Shown here one piece after another: positions 28,059-38,965 of a DNA stretch of 64,000 bases (its first letter is position 1; every line of letters starts with the position of its first letter). The stretch spans positions 3,161,532 to 3,225,531 of the forward strand of contig CP070695.1 in assembly GCA_020353515.1 (NCBI GenBank), given 5' to 3'. The DNA is from Candidatus Heimdallarchaeota archaeon. Its GTDB lineage: Archaea; Asgardarchaeota; Heimdallarchaeia; Hodarchaeales; Hodarchaeaceae. The position numbers and the translations under genes were made by a program. The notes under the pieces were generated by a model. That model worked only from the letters and a program-made list of their open reading frames with translations, was not told where the DNA came from and ran no database searches.

Positions 28059-29816
28059 CTATTCCATCCTCGATTGATCTGATGGTGTTTTATGAAAAAA
28101 TTTTCTCGTTAACAACTCTGTAATATCATTAATGAAAATTATTGAGATCGAAATAAGACTCAATATCGTTGGAATCCAGGGTGATTCTGTTAACGTCCAA
28201 TATGAATAGTTGTAAAGAGCCAAACCAATTAGACTTATTACTAACCATCCTTGAAAGAAATAGCGTTCTTTTGATTTCCTGAAATGGGGTGCCAAATCGT
28301 CTTTATTTTTAAGAATAAAGACGGAAAAAAATGCTAAATAGCTCACGATTGGCAGAAAGAGCACTAATCTTAACCAATCATTCAAGCTAATATAATTTAA
28401 TCCAAGCATGAGAGCCAGAAGCCCACAGATTAGAAATGGTAATATGAAACTTCTATCCCCACCTGTGGAATTATAGAATTTGGTTATCTTCTCTTTGTTC
28501 ACGATTCGAACACTGAAATGGACAATAAGAACAAATGTTACCCACAATGTGGCGAAGAAAATGAGAAGATCAACAACCACCTGGTTTATTGTCGGAATAA
28601 GATTCAATTCAAAAAGTATGGTATTAATTAATTGGTTATAACAGGCTTGAACCTCATTAAAGTCTTCTAGGGCTGGGTTCATCACTAATGAATTTAGATT
28701 CATGAATAGAACAATTCCTATACTTGTTCCGTCAGGATTTTTCCTACCTGCTGTCACTGAAAGAAAACCTGGAGTTGATCCTCCATGACCTCCAAATCCA
28801 TCATGAAAGTGACTCCATCCTAATCCGTAGGAATGTTGATAAAATTTATAATTCTTTACATCTTGGAAGAGGGGATTTCGATGAAATGAATATTGAACTA
28901 GTTTAGAATGCATCATATCAACACTTGAGGCTTTTAAAATCCGATTTTCGCCAAATTTCCCATTATTTAGCTGGGCAATCATAAAGTGGGCCATATCCGT
29001 AACAGAACAGCGAATCTGCCAAGTGGAATATAGCTCCATTTCTTCATTCTTCCCAGAAATCCTAGAATAGGGGGTGGCATGATTATCAATAAAATCAGAG
29101 GTATTTATCCCCGAATTGGTCATATTTAATGGACCAAAAATATTCTCCTTCAGATAATCCTCAAAAGAATGTCCTGATACATATTCAACTAGATAATGAA
29201 GTAATTTAAACCCCACATTTGAATAATAATACCTTTCATTTGGCTTATTTTCCCAAATTCCTGGGTCATAATTTGAGCCTCCTGAAGTAAATGATTCATT
29301 AAGATACTCCCCTAGACTCAGATTAAGAATGGCACGGTAATGCGGGTGAGGATAATACAAGTACTTTCCCTCCGTATCCCAATAAAATTCGTATCTTAAT
29401 GTTGAACCTAGACCAGACATATGTTTTAAGAGCATTCGAATAGTTATTTTCTCATCGGGATAATCAGGATGTCTTACCTCAAAAGGTAAGTACTCTGATA
29501 GGTCAGAATCTAAAGAAACTATCCCCTGTTCATATAATTGTAGAAGGGCTGTTGCCACAAACGGTTTAACATTAGAAGCGATAAGAAAGACCGTGTCTGG
29601 TGCTGTTTGGTTACCTAACCCCTTGGTCCAGATTGATTTTTTATTACGTGTTATTGCTGCATGGACTGTTGGGACATTATTTGCACTTCTAATCGCTTCT
29701 AACTTTTCTTCTAACTTAGAAAAATTAGGTGTGGCGTCTACTCTAGTAACATGCAGAGCTAATGTTATCCAACAAAAAAGGGTAATGACCAATATTGTTT
29801 TCTTAGAAGAGCTCAT
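28059..29816 (-). CDS. Serine hydrolase (beta-lactamase/PBP family) with a multi-TM C-terminus
   Basis: SNVK (SxxK), YSN, HGGSTPGF; signal peptide; about 5 C-terminal TMs. Confidence 0.92.
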   Translation of the reverse strand: MSSSKKTILVITLFCWITLALHVTRVDATPNFSKLEEKLEAIRSANNVPTVHAAITRNKKSIWTKGLGNQTAPDTVFLIASNVKPFVATALLQLYEQGIVSLDSDLSEYLPFEVRHPDYPDEKITIRMLLKHMSGLGSTLRYEFYWDTEGKYLYYPHPHYRAILNLSLGEYLNESFTSGGSNYDPGIWENKPNERYYYSNVGFKLLHYLVEYVSGHSFEDYLKENIFGPLNMTNSGINTSDFIDNHATPYSRISGKNEEMELYSTWQIRCSVTDMAHFMIAQLNNGKFGENRILKASSVDMMHSKLVQYSFHRNPLFQDVKNYKFYQHSYGLGWSHFHDGFGGHGGSTPGFLSVTAGRKNPDGTSIGIVLFMNLNSLVMNPALEDFNEVQACYNQLINTILFELNLIPTINQVVVDLLIFFATLWVTFVLIVHFSVRIVNKEKITKFYNSTGGDRSFILPFLICGLLALMLGLNYISLNDWLRLVLFLPIVSYLAFFSVFILKNKDDLAPHFRKSKERYFFQGWLVISLIGLALYNYSYWTLTESPWIPTILSLISISIIFINDITELLTRKFFHKTPSDQSRME

Positions 29817-30124
29817 GATATTTCAAATTTGGCGATTGATCATTAATAAACATCTAGAAATCGGAACGGATAACTCCTTGAACTACCATGTTACATATAA
29901 ATCATTCAATTTTGGGAAGGAGTCCCTTAAATGTCTATCAAAAGTAATAATGTAAACATTACTCTCGCAATTTCTGAGAAATAATACTTCTATTTGGGAT
30001 TTAAATGATATCTCTCTTTTTTCTGATATTTTTATCCACTCTTATTGCTATGATATATCATTATTATATAAAAATAATGTATCTCATATTGTTATATTTA
30101 TAATAATGAATTAACATTTCATTA

Positions 30125-33100
30125 ATGACACTTTTCATCATTTTATTTCATATTTGGATATCTAGGCATTTTATCAAATGTGTTGATACTGAAGAGGTCA
30201 GAAGAATTCCTCATAGAAATGAAAAAATTTGGAGTATTAATAGGTGGATAATTATAAATAAAATTGTACCGAGTTTTCTAATTATTATTGTGATTAACAC
30301 AGCATTCCTTTTATTTCCATTTTATACTGAAGCATTGGAATCTTTTAATGACCCTTCTAGGAGCAATGATCAACAAATCATTTTCAATGAAAATAAACAA
30401 GAAAAATATCAATCTATATCTGAACTGAGAAATAATTCACCAATTAGGTCAGGTGAAAAAAGACCTAGCTTTAGTCTAGAGAGTAACTTCAATTTATCAG
30501 TCCTAAAACCTGTTAGTAATGGCACTAAATCAGAAATTCCATCTGAAAATCCTGTGGGAGGTATTCATTGGCAATTAGTATCAGACATCAATGACAGTTC
30601 TTACATTATTGAGGATTATTCTACTGCTACATCTTATACAGAAACGTACCAATCTCAAAATATTTCGGGTATTTCGGGTACTATCAACTCAGTATCCCTA
30701 TATATACGCGTTCGAACTAGTATAGCATTTACTAATGCTCGAGCTTGGACAGTATTACGTACATATGATAAAGAATACGTTGGGCCTTTGAATGAACCCT
30801 TAACTAGTTGGAATAATTATTCTACGAAATATTTGATTAATCCCAACACTTCTGTAAACTGGACGTGGGATGAAGTGAATACAATGGAGATTGGAGTTAT
30901 GTTACGAGCGTTACCACAACAGGATAGAGAATGCTGGTGTTCTGAAGTCTGGGCCGAGGTTAACTATACCCAAACATTTGACCTAGATCCTCCATCAATT
31001 ATTGACCACGGAGTAGAGGATTTGGGGAATGGTACAGGTGTTTTTTGGGCTGATATCAGAGACACTTTATCTAGTGTGGATACTACAAATATATCAATTA
31101 ATAATACTGAATATTCGATGATAAACAACGGATCGTATTGGATATATCCAAAAGCAGTTTTGTATAAGAGATATTATGAATTTCAAATAATAAATTCATC
31201 CGATTCTAATGGAAATTATATTAGCTCTCCTTCAGATATCAAGTCTTATTCGTTTAATTCAGACGTTGTTGCTCCTATTGTGGACACTCCAGTCTATAAC
31301 TCTACACTTGGTGATAATGGAACATTTAAAGTTAATATAAGGGATCCGTGGGGGGAAGTTGATACTGTACTTGTTAATGTTACTTTTGCAGCAGGTGTTC
31401 CTCAACATAAAGTATGGGCTGTGATGATAAATACCACTTCTGGATACATGACTAAGACTTTACCAATAGATAAAGGTATTTTTCATTATGTTATCATTGC
31501 CAATGACACAAAAGGGAATAGAGGTACTTCTAATGAAATAATCTCGAGTGTCCCTAATCATTTCCCTGAAGTTACTGATTTACGACTCTCTAGTGACCAA
31601 GATCGCCTTCAAATGACTATATTTAGTAATGATACTCTCTTTGTTCAATATATGTTTTTTGATCGTGATGGTGATAACGAAGGAGGGACTGAAATACACT
31701 GGTATAAAAATGGTGTAATTCAACCCGCTCATAATGATTCTCGTCTAGTAACAGCCTCTTATTTGACCAAAAATGATCAATGGTTTATTACTGTTAAACC
31801 AAAAGATGCCCAAGAGTTTGGAATAAAACAAACTTCTGACACCATAACGATTCTAAATGTTCCTCCAAATGTGTGTAATTATTCGTATATCTTTGATTCA
31901 AGGAGCCAGATTATTCCAGAAATCAGATCTACCTTACTAGGTCAAGTTTTTTTCATCGAAGATGAAGATATCTCCCTTTTTTATGAGTTTGAAGATAGTG
32001 ATCACCCTATAGATTATGATCAATCCCTGATTCAATGGTATAGCAAATTAGAAACTAGCGAATGGGAGGAAGTCTTTACTCGTCAAAATTCAACCTTCAT
32101 TCCTTCTTCTGAAACGTCACCAGGGGAGTACTGGAAATGCAAGATCACCCCTTATGATGGTACCGAATTAGGAAAAAGTGTGCCTCTGAATGTGATTTAT
32201 ATCGAAAGCCGTCCGTGTATTCTAAATTACAGCGTTTCACCTATAATCCTCGATGATAAAGGAATGTACTTCGATGAAGGAAAATATAAATTTCAAGTAG
32301 TTACTTCCAGTCTTAATCCAATTGCTACCATAGAGTTCATAATAAATGACTCTTCTGAGGGAATTTATTATGCTCAAAAAAGTCAGGATAATAATTCAAT
32401 ATGGATTTTAGATTATAATATACCCCCAAGCGAGTTTTGTGACAATTATATGGGGAAAATTTTCACAACCAAAGTTAGAGCTTGTAGTTTTGTAGATTAT
32501 CAAGACCAAGAGTTTATGATATATGCTAATTATACTTTTTTATTTGGGGTAGAAGACAAATGTCCCCCTCGTGTTGTAGGTAAACCTAGTGTTACCTTTG
32601 ATTCTCTTGACCCTTCAAATATTACTTTTTTCTCATATGTAATCGATTATGGTTCTGAGATTGAAGAAGTATTTCTTTACTACTATTTTAGAGAAATTGA
32701 TGAAACAACACTAGCAGGAATTGGGGCTAGTTTACCGCAAAAGGATATTCCATGGCAAGTTATACAGATGTCCCTCCTCTCAGTCAATGAGACTAATGTT
32801 ATTCATAGTTATTCAGTTACTGTTCCATTTGAACATAATGATACATCTAGAGCAATAATTTATTATATTAAAACCACTGATAGTAGTGGAAATACAGGAA
32901 TTCCTTATAATATCTTAAATGATCCAGAGAGGATTCGAGAATTTCATTTTGAGAAAGATGCTTTTCTATTTGATCCATTACTAGTGATTATACTCATTGT
33001 TTTCACAATCATCTTAACCCTTTTAGGTTCCATTTTATACCTTAGGATCTTTAGAAAACCTGAACTGATTGGATTTGATGAAGAAATAGTTCTTAATAAC

Positions 33101-33631
33101 ATCTCTGAAGTTAGTGAATCGGAGATAATGGAAATTCTTGATATTCATACTGTTGGGGTAGTCATAGCATTTTTTGATCAGCAGCATGGTCCAATTCCAA
33201 TTATTATAACCCCAGAAATATTAAAGGATAATTTTCCCAAGTTAATTGAACTGTCTGATAGATCTTTTGGGACTATAGGGTTTATTCAAGACTTTGAGAG
33301 AAAAATAACATCAAATTTTGACTTTTTGTTATCAAAAGAACTCCTTATCACATCGTTATCGTTTGGTTTTGCCTTACAACGACCTGATGCGAGAGGAGGC
33401 CAAGAGAACCTGATCATGAATATTCTGATATATCCAGATGTATTCCCGTTTATTAATCAATTTCTTGATGAAATTCGTGAGAAAGTAGATATTGTTCATA
33501 AGTTAATGGATAAAGACAGCTCAAAGAAAGAGTTGATCCTGTCAAAGATTATTGACATCAGAAAATATATTTCCCAAATTATTTTAGCGTATGAGAAAAC
33601 TTATGGCACCACGGATCTTCTCACCACATAA
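30125..33631 (+). CDS. Large membrane protein: Ig-like ectodomain, TM helix, cytoplasmic longin/uDENN-like domain (start uncertain)
   Basis: N-terminal hydrophobic segment, beta-rich N-x-S/T-rich repeats, TM + RIFRK, then VIAFFDQQHGP..LSDRSF..DARGGQENL. Confidence 0.8.
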   Translation: MTLFIILFHIWISRHFIKCVDTEEVRRIPHRNEKIWSINRWIIINKIVPSFLIIIVINTAFLLFPFYTEALESFNDPSRSNDQQIIFNENKQEKYQSISELRNNSPIRSGEKRPSFSLESNFNLSVLKPVSNGTKSEIPSENPVGGIHWQLVSDINDSSYIIEDYSTATSYTETYQSQNISGISGTINSVSLYIRVRTSIAFTNARAWTVLRTYDKEYVGPLNEPLTSWNNYSTKYLINPNTSVNWTWDEVNTMEIGVMLRALPQQDRECWCSEVWAEVNYTQTFDLDPPSIIDHGVEDLGNGTGVFWADIRDTLSSVDTTNISINNTEYSMINNGSYWIYPKAVLYKRYYEFQIINSSDSNGNYISSPSDIKSYSFNSDVVAPIVDTPVYNSTLGDNGTFKVNIRDPWGEVDTVLVNVTFAAGVPQHKVWAVMINTTSGYMTKTLPIDKGIFHYVIIANDTKGNRGTSNEIISSVPNHFPEVTDLRLSSDQDRLQMTIFSNDTLFVQYMFFDRDGDNEGGTEIHWYKNGVIQPAHNDSRLVTASYLTKNDQWFITVKPKDAQEFGIKQTSDTITILNVPPNVCNYSYIFDSRSQIIPEIRSTLLGQVFFIEDEDISLFYEFEDSDHPIDYDQSLIQWYSKLETSEWEEVFTRQNSTFIPSSETSPGEYWKCKITPYDGTELGKSVPLNVIYIESRPCILNYSVSPIILDDKGMYFDEGKYKFQVVTSSLNPIATIEFIINDSSEGIYYAQKSQDNNSIWILDYNIPPSEFCDNYMGKIFTTKVRACSFVDYQDQEFMIYANYTFLFGVEDKCPPRVVGKPSVTFDSLDPSNITFFSYVIDYGSEIEEVFLYYYFREIDETTLAGIGASLPQKDIPWQVIQMSLLSVNETNVIHSYSVTVPFEHNDTSRAIIYYIKTTDSSGNTGIPYNILNDPERIREFHFEKDAFLFDPLLVIILIVFTIILTLLGSILYLRIFRKPELIGFDEEIVLNNISEVSESEIMEILDIHTVGVVIAFFDQQHGPIPIIITPEILKDNFPKLIELSDRSFGTIGFIQDFERKITSNFDFLLSKELLITSLSFGFALQRPDARGGQENLIMNILIYPDVFPFINQFLDEIREKVDIVHKLMDKDSSKKELILSKIIDIRKYISQIILAYEKTYGTTDLLTT

Positions 33632-33652
33632 ACTACCTCTGTTAGATCGTGG

Positions 33653-33674
33653 TCTTCTCCGAAAGCGTTTTATT
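33653..33674 (+). promoter_or_regulatory. BRE/TATA-like element, copy 1 of a direct repeat
   Basis: TCTTCTCCGAAAGCGTTTTATT; 21/22 identical to 34721-34742. Confidence 0.55.
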
Positions 33675-33778
33675 TTACTAAATTCAAATGAATGTTGCTT
33701 TAAATGTTGTTAATATCATATCTTCTGTATTGTATAATTTTTTAAACAATTATTCACTATTGAAACTGAGGATAGGGA

Positions 33779-34474
33779 TTGTTCTTTAACCAGATTAAAC
33801 ACCAAGGTTGTATCTTCTTCTTACTTTGCGTACTTATTATTTCATCTGGGGGCTGTTTACAAGCCTTCGCGAGAGCTATCCAAGAGGAGTGGCAGATCCA
33901 GGTGGGGGATTCCCAAACCTATATCTATGATGATTTTTATGAGGTTTCTTCCGATAATTCCTCTGAATACATTTATTGGATTATAGATGAAAACAATAAC
34001 AATGTTACCATAATTCTCAAAAAAGGATTAACTCTTCGTTATGATATTACATTCCTCGATCCAGATGAAGCAAGAGGAACAATAACATATAATGGAACCA
34101 TTACTAGTTTAGAACAATCTCTCTCATCTCGTACCTATTCGGGGTGGACTGGAATCGTTAGACCTTCAATTAACAATAAAAGTTATTGGGAGGAATATTG
34201 TAGATTCCGGGGTCTGGAAAACGTTACGGGTGATTTCATCGTTATGGAGATTAATACAGATATTATAAATCAAATTTCCATATGGAACTGGAAAACAGGG
34301 TGGCTCAACTACTATTATGAGATGTATTGGAATGACACAACAATTATCTCGTTGAGGGAAATCTCTCTTGTCCCTCAGGAAAATGAACCGCCTCCTCCAT
34401 TAAATGTTATTGTTGGGGGTTTCATCTTAGTATTCATCATTCTTATTCTTGTAGGAATTAAGAAATTTAAATAG
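33779..34474 (+). CDS. Secreted protein with a C-terminal TM anchor
   Basis: Signal peptide, WQIQVGDSQTY, Pro linker, TM + KKFK. Confidence 0.8.
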   Translation: MFFNQIKHQGCIFFLLCVLIISSGGCLQAFARAIQEEWQIQVGDSQTYIYDDFYEVSSDNSSEYIYWIIDENNNNVTIILKKGLTLRYDITFLDPDEARGTITYNGTITSLEQSLSSRTYSGWTGIVRPSINNKSYWEEYCRFRGLENVTGDFIVMEINTDIINQISIWNWKTGWLNYYYEMYWNDTTIISLREISLVPQENEPPPPLNVIVGGFILVFIILILVGIKKFK

Positions 34475-34720
34475 ATTCCTTTCAATTTTTCAATGGAGGT
34501 AGCTGTTTATTGATTGTAATTCAATTAGTTTTGCCTCAGTAATCTAGATCAACTCAACTTCATTCAAAATATCTTCTTATTCCCATAATCCCAATTAATC
34601 CCATTGATACTTTAGTTTCCCTAATCTGTTTGTCTTTACCTTTCTTTAGAGAAGAAAGATTGCCAATCTAAATGGAATTCTCATATAACCCAATTGAGAT
34701 CTTATTGTTGAGATTACGGA

Positions 34721-34742
34721 TCTTCTCCGAAAGTGTTTTATT
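34721..34742 (+). promoter_or_regulatory. BRE/TATA-like element, copy 2; plausible promoter of the flavoprotein gene
   Basis: TCTTCTCCGAAAGTGTTTTATT about 40 nt before the TTG start. Confidence 0.55.
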
Positions 34743-34779
34743 CCACTTTTCGAATGAAATACTACTGGAGGAAATAAAT

Positions 34780-35499
34780 TTGTCAAAAGTTATGATTGTA
34801 AATGGGAGTGCAAGAGCCAAAAAGGGTCATACAGCTTTTGTACTGGCTCCTTTTATCGAAGGTATGAAAAAAGCTGGAGCTAAAGTGGAGCTCCTTTATT
34901 CTAAAAAGTTAAAAATTCGTCCTTGTGTCGGTGACTTTAAATGTTGGGGGGAAACAATTGGGGAATGTTTTCTTGAGGATGATATGCAGAAAATTTATCC
35001 TAAGTTACGAGAAACTGATATTTTAGTCCTGGCAATACCTGTTTATATTCCTCTTCCAGGAATGATGCAAAATTTCATTAACAGGCTGTGTCCGTTAGTA
35101 GAACCATTGTTAGAGTATAAAGCTGGACGAACCAGAGCGAAGTTTCATGATAATGTAAACATCTCCAAAATCCTAGGAGTAATAACTGGAGGATGGTGGG
35201 AGATTGAAAATTTGAGTGTTGTATTAAAAATTGTAGAAGAGCTTGCTTTGAATGCTTCCACAGAATTCTCTGGAGCACTCCTTCGTCCTCATGCGTATGC
35301 TTTAAGAGAAGAAACAGAGTTAAATAAGGAGATTTTATCCACTTTAGAAATTATTGGTGAAAAATTTATCAGAGAAGGAAAGATAGATCAGGAAGATTTG
35401 ACATTCATTAGTCAACCACTTGTGGATCAAGATGATTACATTACTGTGTGGAATAAGAATTATCTCGAAGAGAAAAGAAAACAGAAGATCGATTGGTGA
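34780..35499 (+). CDS. Flavodoxin-fold NAD(P)H-dependent FMN reductase / iron-sulfur flavoprotein family
   Basis: IVNGSARAKKGHT, PCVGDFKCW..C..DDM, PVY; GGAGG before TTG 34780. Confidence 0.9.
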   Translation: MSKVMIVNGSARAKKGHTAFVLAPFIEGMKKAGAKVELLYSKKLKIRPCVGDFKCWGETIGECFLEDDMQKIYPKLRETDILVLAIPVYIPLPGMMQNFINRLCPLVEPLLEYKAGRTRAKFHDNVNISKILGVITGGWWEIENLSVVLKIVEELALNASTEFSGALLRPHAYALREETELNKEILSTLEIIGEKFIREGKIDQEDLTFISQPLVDQDDYITVWNKNYLEEKRKQKIDW

Positions 35500-36096
35500 A
35501 TGTCCATGGATGAAGAACTTGTGTTTAGAATACTCTTCATCTCCATTTATGCCGTCTTTGCTGGAGTAAGAATCTATTACAGGAGTCAGAATATTGGTAG
35601 AACGAGTGAAAAAGAGTATACTCAAAAGACTAAGGCTATTACTGTCCTAATAGTCGCCATTCTTGGATACTTTCTGACTGTGGGGTTATGGATTGTTTTT
35701 CCTCCGATTGTCCTTATCTTTCAGATTCCTTTACCCTCTGTCATTCGTTGGTTCGGAGGAGGAATAGCTTTAATCGCCACAGCTCTTACTGTGTGGATTC
35801 ATCGTATATTGGGAAAACAGTATTCTGCGAAGTTGGAGATCCAAAAGGGCCATGAGCTAATAACCGTGGGACCTTATAGCAAAATCCGACATCCAATGTA
35901 TTCTTCCCTCAATCTGTTTTCCCTATCTGTCTCATTAATTTCAGCGAACCTATTACTCATATTATTTGCGATTTCTGTTGCCATTCCTTTCCATTGGATA
36001 ACTAGGGCTGAAGAGGAGCTTCTGATAGAGCAGTTTGGTGAAGAATACTTGGAGTATATGCAAACCACTGGACGATTTTTTCCTCGTCTCTGGTGA
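35500..36096 (+). CDS. Isoprenylcysteine carboxyl methyltransferase/PEMT-family membrane protein
   Basis: HELITVGPYSKIRHPMY, EEELL..FGEEYLEY. Confidence 0.92.
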   Translation: MSMDEELVFRILFISIYAVFAGVRIYYRSQNIGRTSEKEYTQKTKAITVLIVAILGYFLTVGLWIVFPPIVLIFQIPLPSVIRWFGGGIALIATALTVWIHRILGKQYSAKLEIQKGHELITVGPYSKIRHPMYSSLNLFSLSVSLISANLLLILFAISVAIPFHWITRAEEELLIEQFGEEYLEYMQTTGRFFPRLW

Positions 36097-36152
36097 GAGC
36101 TAGCTGATAGGGAATTGATATCAAACTGTAATTATTTGATAAGTGAGGATAT

Positions 36153-38126
36153 GTGAGAAGGAACAGAACCAGTTTCTCAAAAATTATGTTGCTAATAGCT
36201 ATTTTCTTGCTTCATCTGAGTATCAATTTCTTTCCAGTCCCAATTAGTTTCTCAGACTCGTCAGTTTTAGCAGACAGATCAATTTTACAGAATTACACAG
36301 CACATGATCCCATTCAAATCACTTCCGACGCTCAACTAGCTGCTGTGGCGACTCGTGGCACAGGAACGGCTAGTGATCCCTATATTATTGCTAATTGGAA
36401 TATTACTGGGTCTCCAACTTTTGGTATTTCCATAATGTGGACAACGAAGTCTTTTAGAATTGAAGATTGTTGGATTGTTGATTCTACTTATTCTGGCATT
36501 CATGTGTTTGATATTGCCTCAGGTACAGCGACTATTAGCAAGAACATTTGTCATAACAATGGTGATCATGGTATCTCCCTTGAAAATGCTAATTCATCTA
36601 TTGTGATCAACAATATCTGCACTAGTAATCATAATGGTATTTTCCTAGAGGATTCTCCTTCTTCAATTGTCGTCAACAACACCTGTAACAGAAATTATAA
36701 TGGTATTTTCTTGGAGTGGTCTACTTCTTCAACTGTCGCCAATAATACCTGCGATAGCAACGAAAGGAGTGGCATCTGGCTTATTATTTCTGATTTTTCG
36801 GTCATAGCTAACAACATTTGCACAAATAATTCAATATTTGAGTATGCTGCTTGTGGGATCTATCTTTCTTCTTCTGGTTCTTCGACTGTTGCCAACAATA
36901 CCTGCAACAATAATCGTTATGGCATTTTCCTTGATAATGCTTATTCTTCGACTACAGTTAACAACATCTGCACCCACAATAGGATTAATGGTATCTATAT
37001 TAGTTTTTCTGATTCTTCAAGCGTAACCAACAACACCTGCAGCAACAATGATTATGGGATCTCCGTTGTCTCTTCTGATTCTTCAACCATTACCAACAAC
37101 ACCTGTACCAACAATGGGGATGGTATCTCTATAGGTTATACTTATTCTTCGACTGTCACCAACAATACCTGTATTAACAATGATTGGATTGGTATCTACC
37201 TTGAGTATTCATATTCTTCGACTGTAACCAACAACACCTGCAGCAGCAATGGTTGTGGGATCTACCTTGACACTTGTGGTTCTTCAACTGTAGCTAACAA
37301 CATTTTCGTCAATGATGGGATGTATTTAGTCGCATCTTCTAAAAGGGATTTACTCTCGTGTACAGTGGATAATAACACGGTTAATAACCTCCCTCTGGGC
37401 TATTTCGAGAATCTGACTTATAGTACGATCATTGGGGCTTATGGACAGCTTATCTTAATAAATTGTAACAAGATAATAGTGAAAAACCAAGACTTCTCTG
37501 ATACCTCTATAGGAATCGCTCTGTATTATTGTAACGAGAACCAGTTAATCAACAACACCTGCAACAGTAATAGTTTATCTGGTATCATCCTTTCTTCTTC
37601 TACTTCGTTAACTGTGGATACCAACACTTGCAACAACAATGATGAAAATGGTATCCGTCTTGACGGCTGCAGTTCTTCGGTTTTAACACACAATACTTGT
37701 AATAGCAATACTGATTGCGGGATCTACCTTGGTAATTCAGAAAATAGCTCTATTGTTTGGAATACATTACGTAGGAATGGTGGTTACGGGATCAAATTAT
37801 CTTTTAGTAATAATAATTCTATTCACCACAATACGTTTATAGAAAATGGGGAGAATAATCCACAAGCATATGATGGTGGCGCGAACAATCTATGGTATGA
37901 CGAGACAGCCTTGGAAGGGAATTACTGGTCCGATTATAATGGAGTTGGGAGTTATTTAATTGCTGGGCCTGCTGGAGCTTCCGATCCTTATCCCTTTTAC
38001 GATCCAGATTTCACGAAAGAAATAGATTTGAGTAGGTTTCTTTCCCTTTTAGTACGAGTTGGCTTATTCTTGGGTATTCTTGGGGTATTAGCAGTGTCTA
38101 TTTTCCTTAGTAGACGCCAAAACTGA
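36153..38126 (+). CDS. NosD/PbH1 beta-helix surface protein with a C-terminal TM anchor
   Basis: GTGTASDPYII cap, many 22-23 aa SSTVxNNTCxxN..GI repeats, GNYWSDY, TM + RRQN. Confidence 0.9.
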   Translation: MRRNRTSFSKIMLLIAIFLLHLSINFFPVPISFSDSSVLADRSILQNYTAHDPIQITSDAQLAAVATRGTGTASDPYIIANWNITGSPTFGISIMWTTKSFRIEDCWIVDSTYSGIHVFDIASGTATISKNICHNNGDHGISLENANSSIVINNICTSNHNGIFLEDSPSSIVVNNTCNRNYNGIFLEWSTSSTVANNTCDSNERSGIWLIISDFSVIANNICTNNSIFEYAACGIYLSSSGSSTVANNTCNNNRYGIFLDNAYSSTTVNNICTHNRINGIYISFSDSSSVTNNTCSNNDYGISVVSSDSSTITNNTCTNNGDGISIGYTYSSTVTNNTCINNDWIGIYLEYSYSSTVTNNTCSSNGCGIYLDTCGSSTVANNIFVNDGMYLVASSKRDLLSCTVDNNTVNNLPLGYFENLTYSTIIGAYGQLILINCNKIIVKNQDFSDTSIGIALYYCNENQLINNTCNSNSLSGIILSSSTSLTVDTNTCNNNDENGIRLDGCSSSVLTHNTCNSNTDCGIYLGNSENSSIVWNTLRRNGGYGIKLSFSNNNSIHHNTFIENGENNPQAYDGGANNLWYDETALEGNYWSDYNGVGSYLIAGPAGASDPYPFYDPDFTKEIDLSRFLSLLVRVGLFLGILGVLAVSIFLSRRQN

Positions 38127-38184
38127 GTCCTAATGTTAATGGAAAACCTTAAGAATATTATCAGGTTAACATTCATGATTTCAT

Positions 38185-38859
38185 ATGAGGAGAAGGAAAA
38201 TATATGTTGGAACTATGTTAGTACTTCTCATTCCTTTTATTTCTCGTACATTAATCGTTCGAAGCTCCCATTTAAATGGAGATGACTCAAGAAATTCAGA
38301 AACAGGCTCTTTTTTTCTTAATAACTCTGAAGTTACCCTTATTGATGAAATATGGTGGTACAATATCGGTACACACTGGAATTTAACAGTTCATATTCAT
38401 CCTAACTCTACTTCCGCTGTAAAAATAACTGCATTTCTGGATGACGGGATTTCCTTGAGGCAGCAGAAGGAGCCACTTTCAGGGAATTTTACTTTTCAGG
38501 TCTCTCCTAATGAAACTTGCTCTGAAATTTATGTGTCTCATACTGCTTGTGATGAGATTCACTTTTTCTACTTCAATGGTTCTCTTACAAATGTTTCAGG
38601 TATTGCAAGTGGAACCTTTCATTTTCAGGAAACTCACCCTGGTTATAATCCTTATGTTGATACTGATTGTGTTCATGCAGAAAACATTACTTTATGGTTA
38701 GAGACTCGTCGTACGGATTATTACATAACAAGCGAGAGTAGTACCACTATCCAGCTTCACACATCATCATTCTCGTTATTTACGATAATCTTTACCCTAT
38801 TTGTGATAGTTTTTATTAAGTATAGAAGGAGAATCAACAGAGGAAAGGACAGTGAATGA
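38185..38859 (+). CDS. Secreted glycoprotein-like protein with a C-terminal TM anchor
   Basis: Signal peptide, many N-x-S/T sites, Ser/Thr linker, TM + KYRRR. Confidence 0.8.
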   Translation: MRRRKIYVGTMLVLLIPFISRTLIVRSSHLNGDDSRNSETGSFFLNNSEVTLIDEIWWYNIGTHWNLTVHIHPNSTSAVKITAFLDDGISLRQQKEPLSGNFTFQVSPNETCSEIYVSHTACDEIHFFYFNGSLTNVSGIASGTFHFQETHPGYNPYVDTDCVHAENITLWLETRRTDYYITSESSTTIQLHTSSFSLFTIIFTLFVIVFIKYRRRINRGKDSE

Positions 38860-38965
38860 TTCTTCACTAATATCTTTGATTGCTCAATCTATAGAACATT
38901 TAATATAATGCAGCCAACCTGATGAATTATAGTTAGAATGAAACATCTTAAGTGGGTGGAATTTT

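Noticed and set aside
34672-34710. Third copy of the HerA tail (YNPIEILL)
   Set aside because: Nucleotide similarity is too weak; the ORF extension upstream of 34780 is probably non-coding.
36600-37750. CRISPR-like or DGR-like periodic repeats
   Set aside because: The 66-69 nt periodicity is the coding PbH1 beta-helix repeat; no spacers, cas genes or reverse transcriptase.
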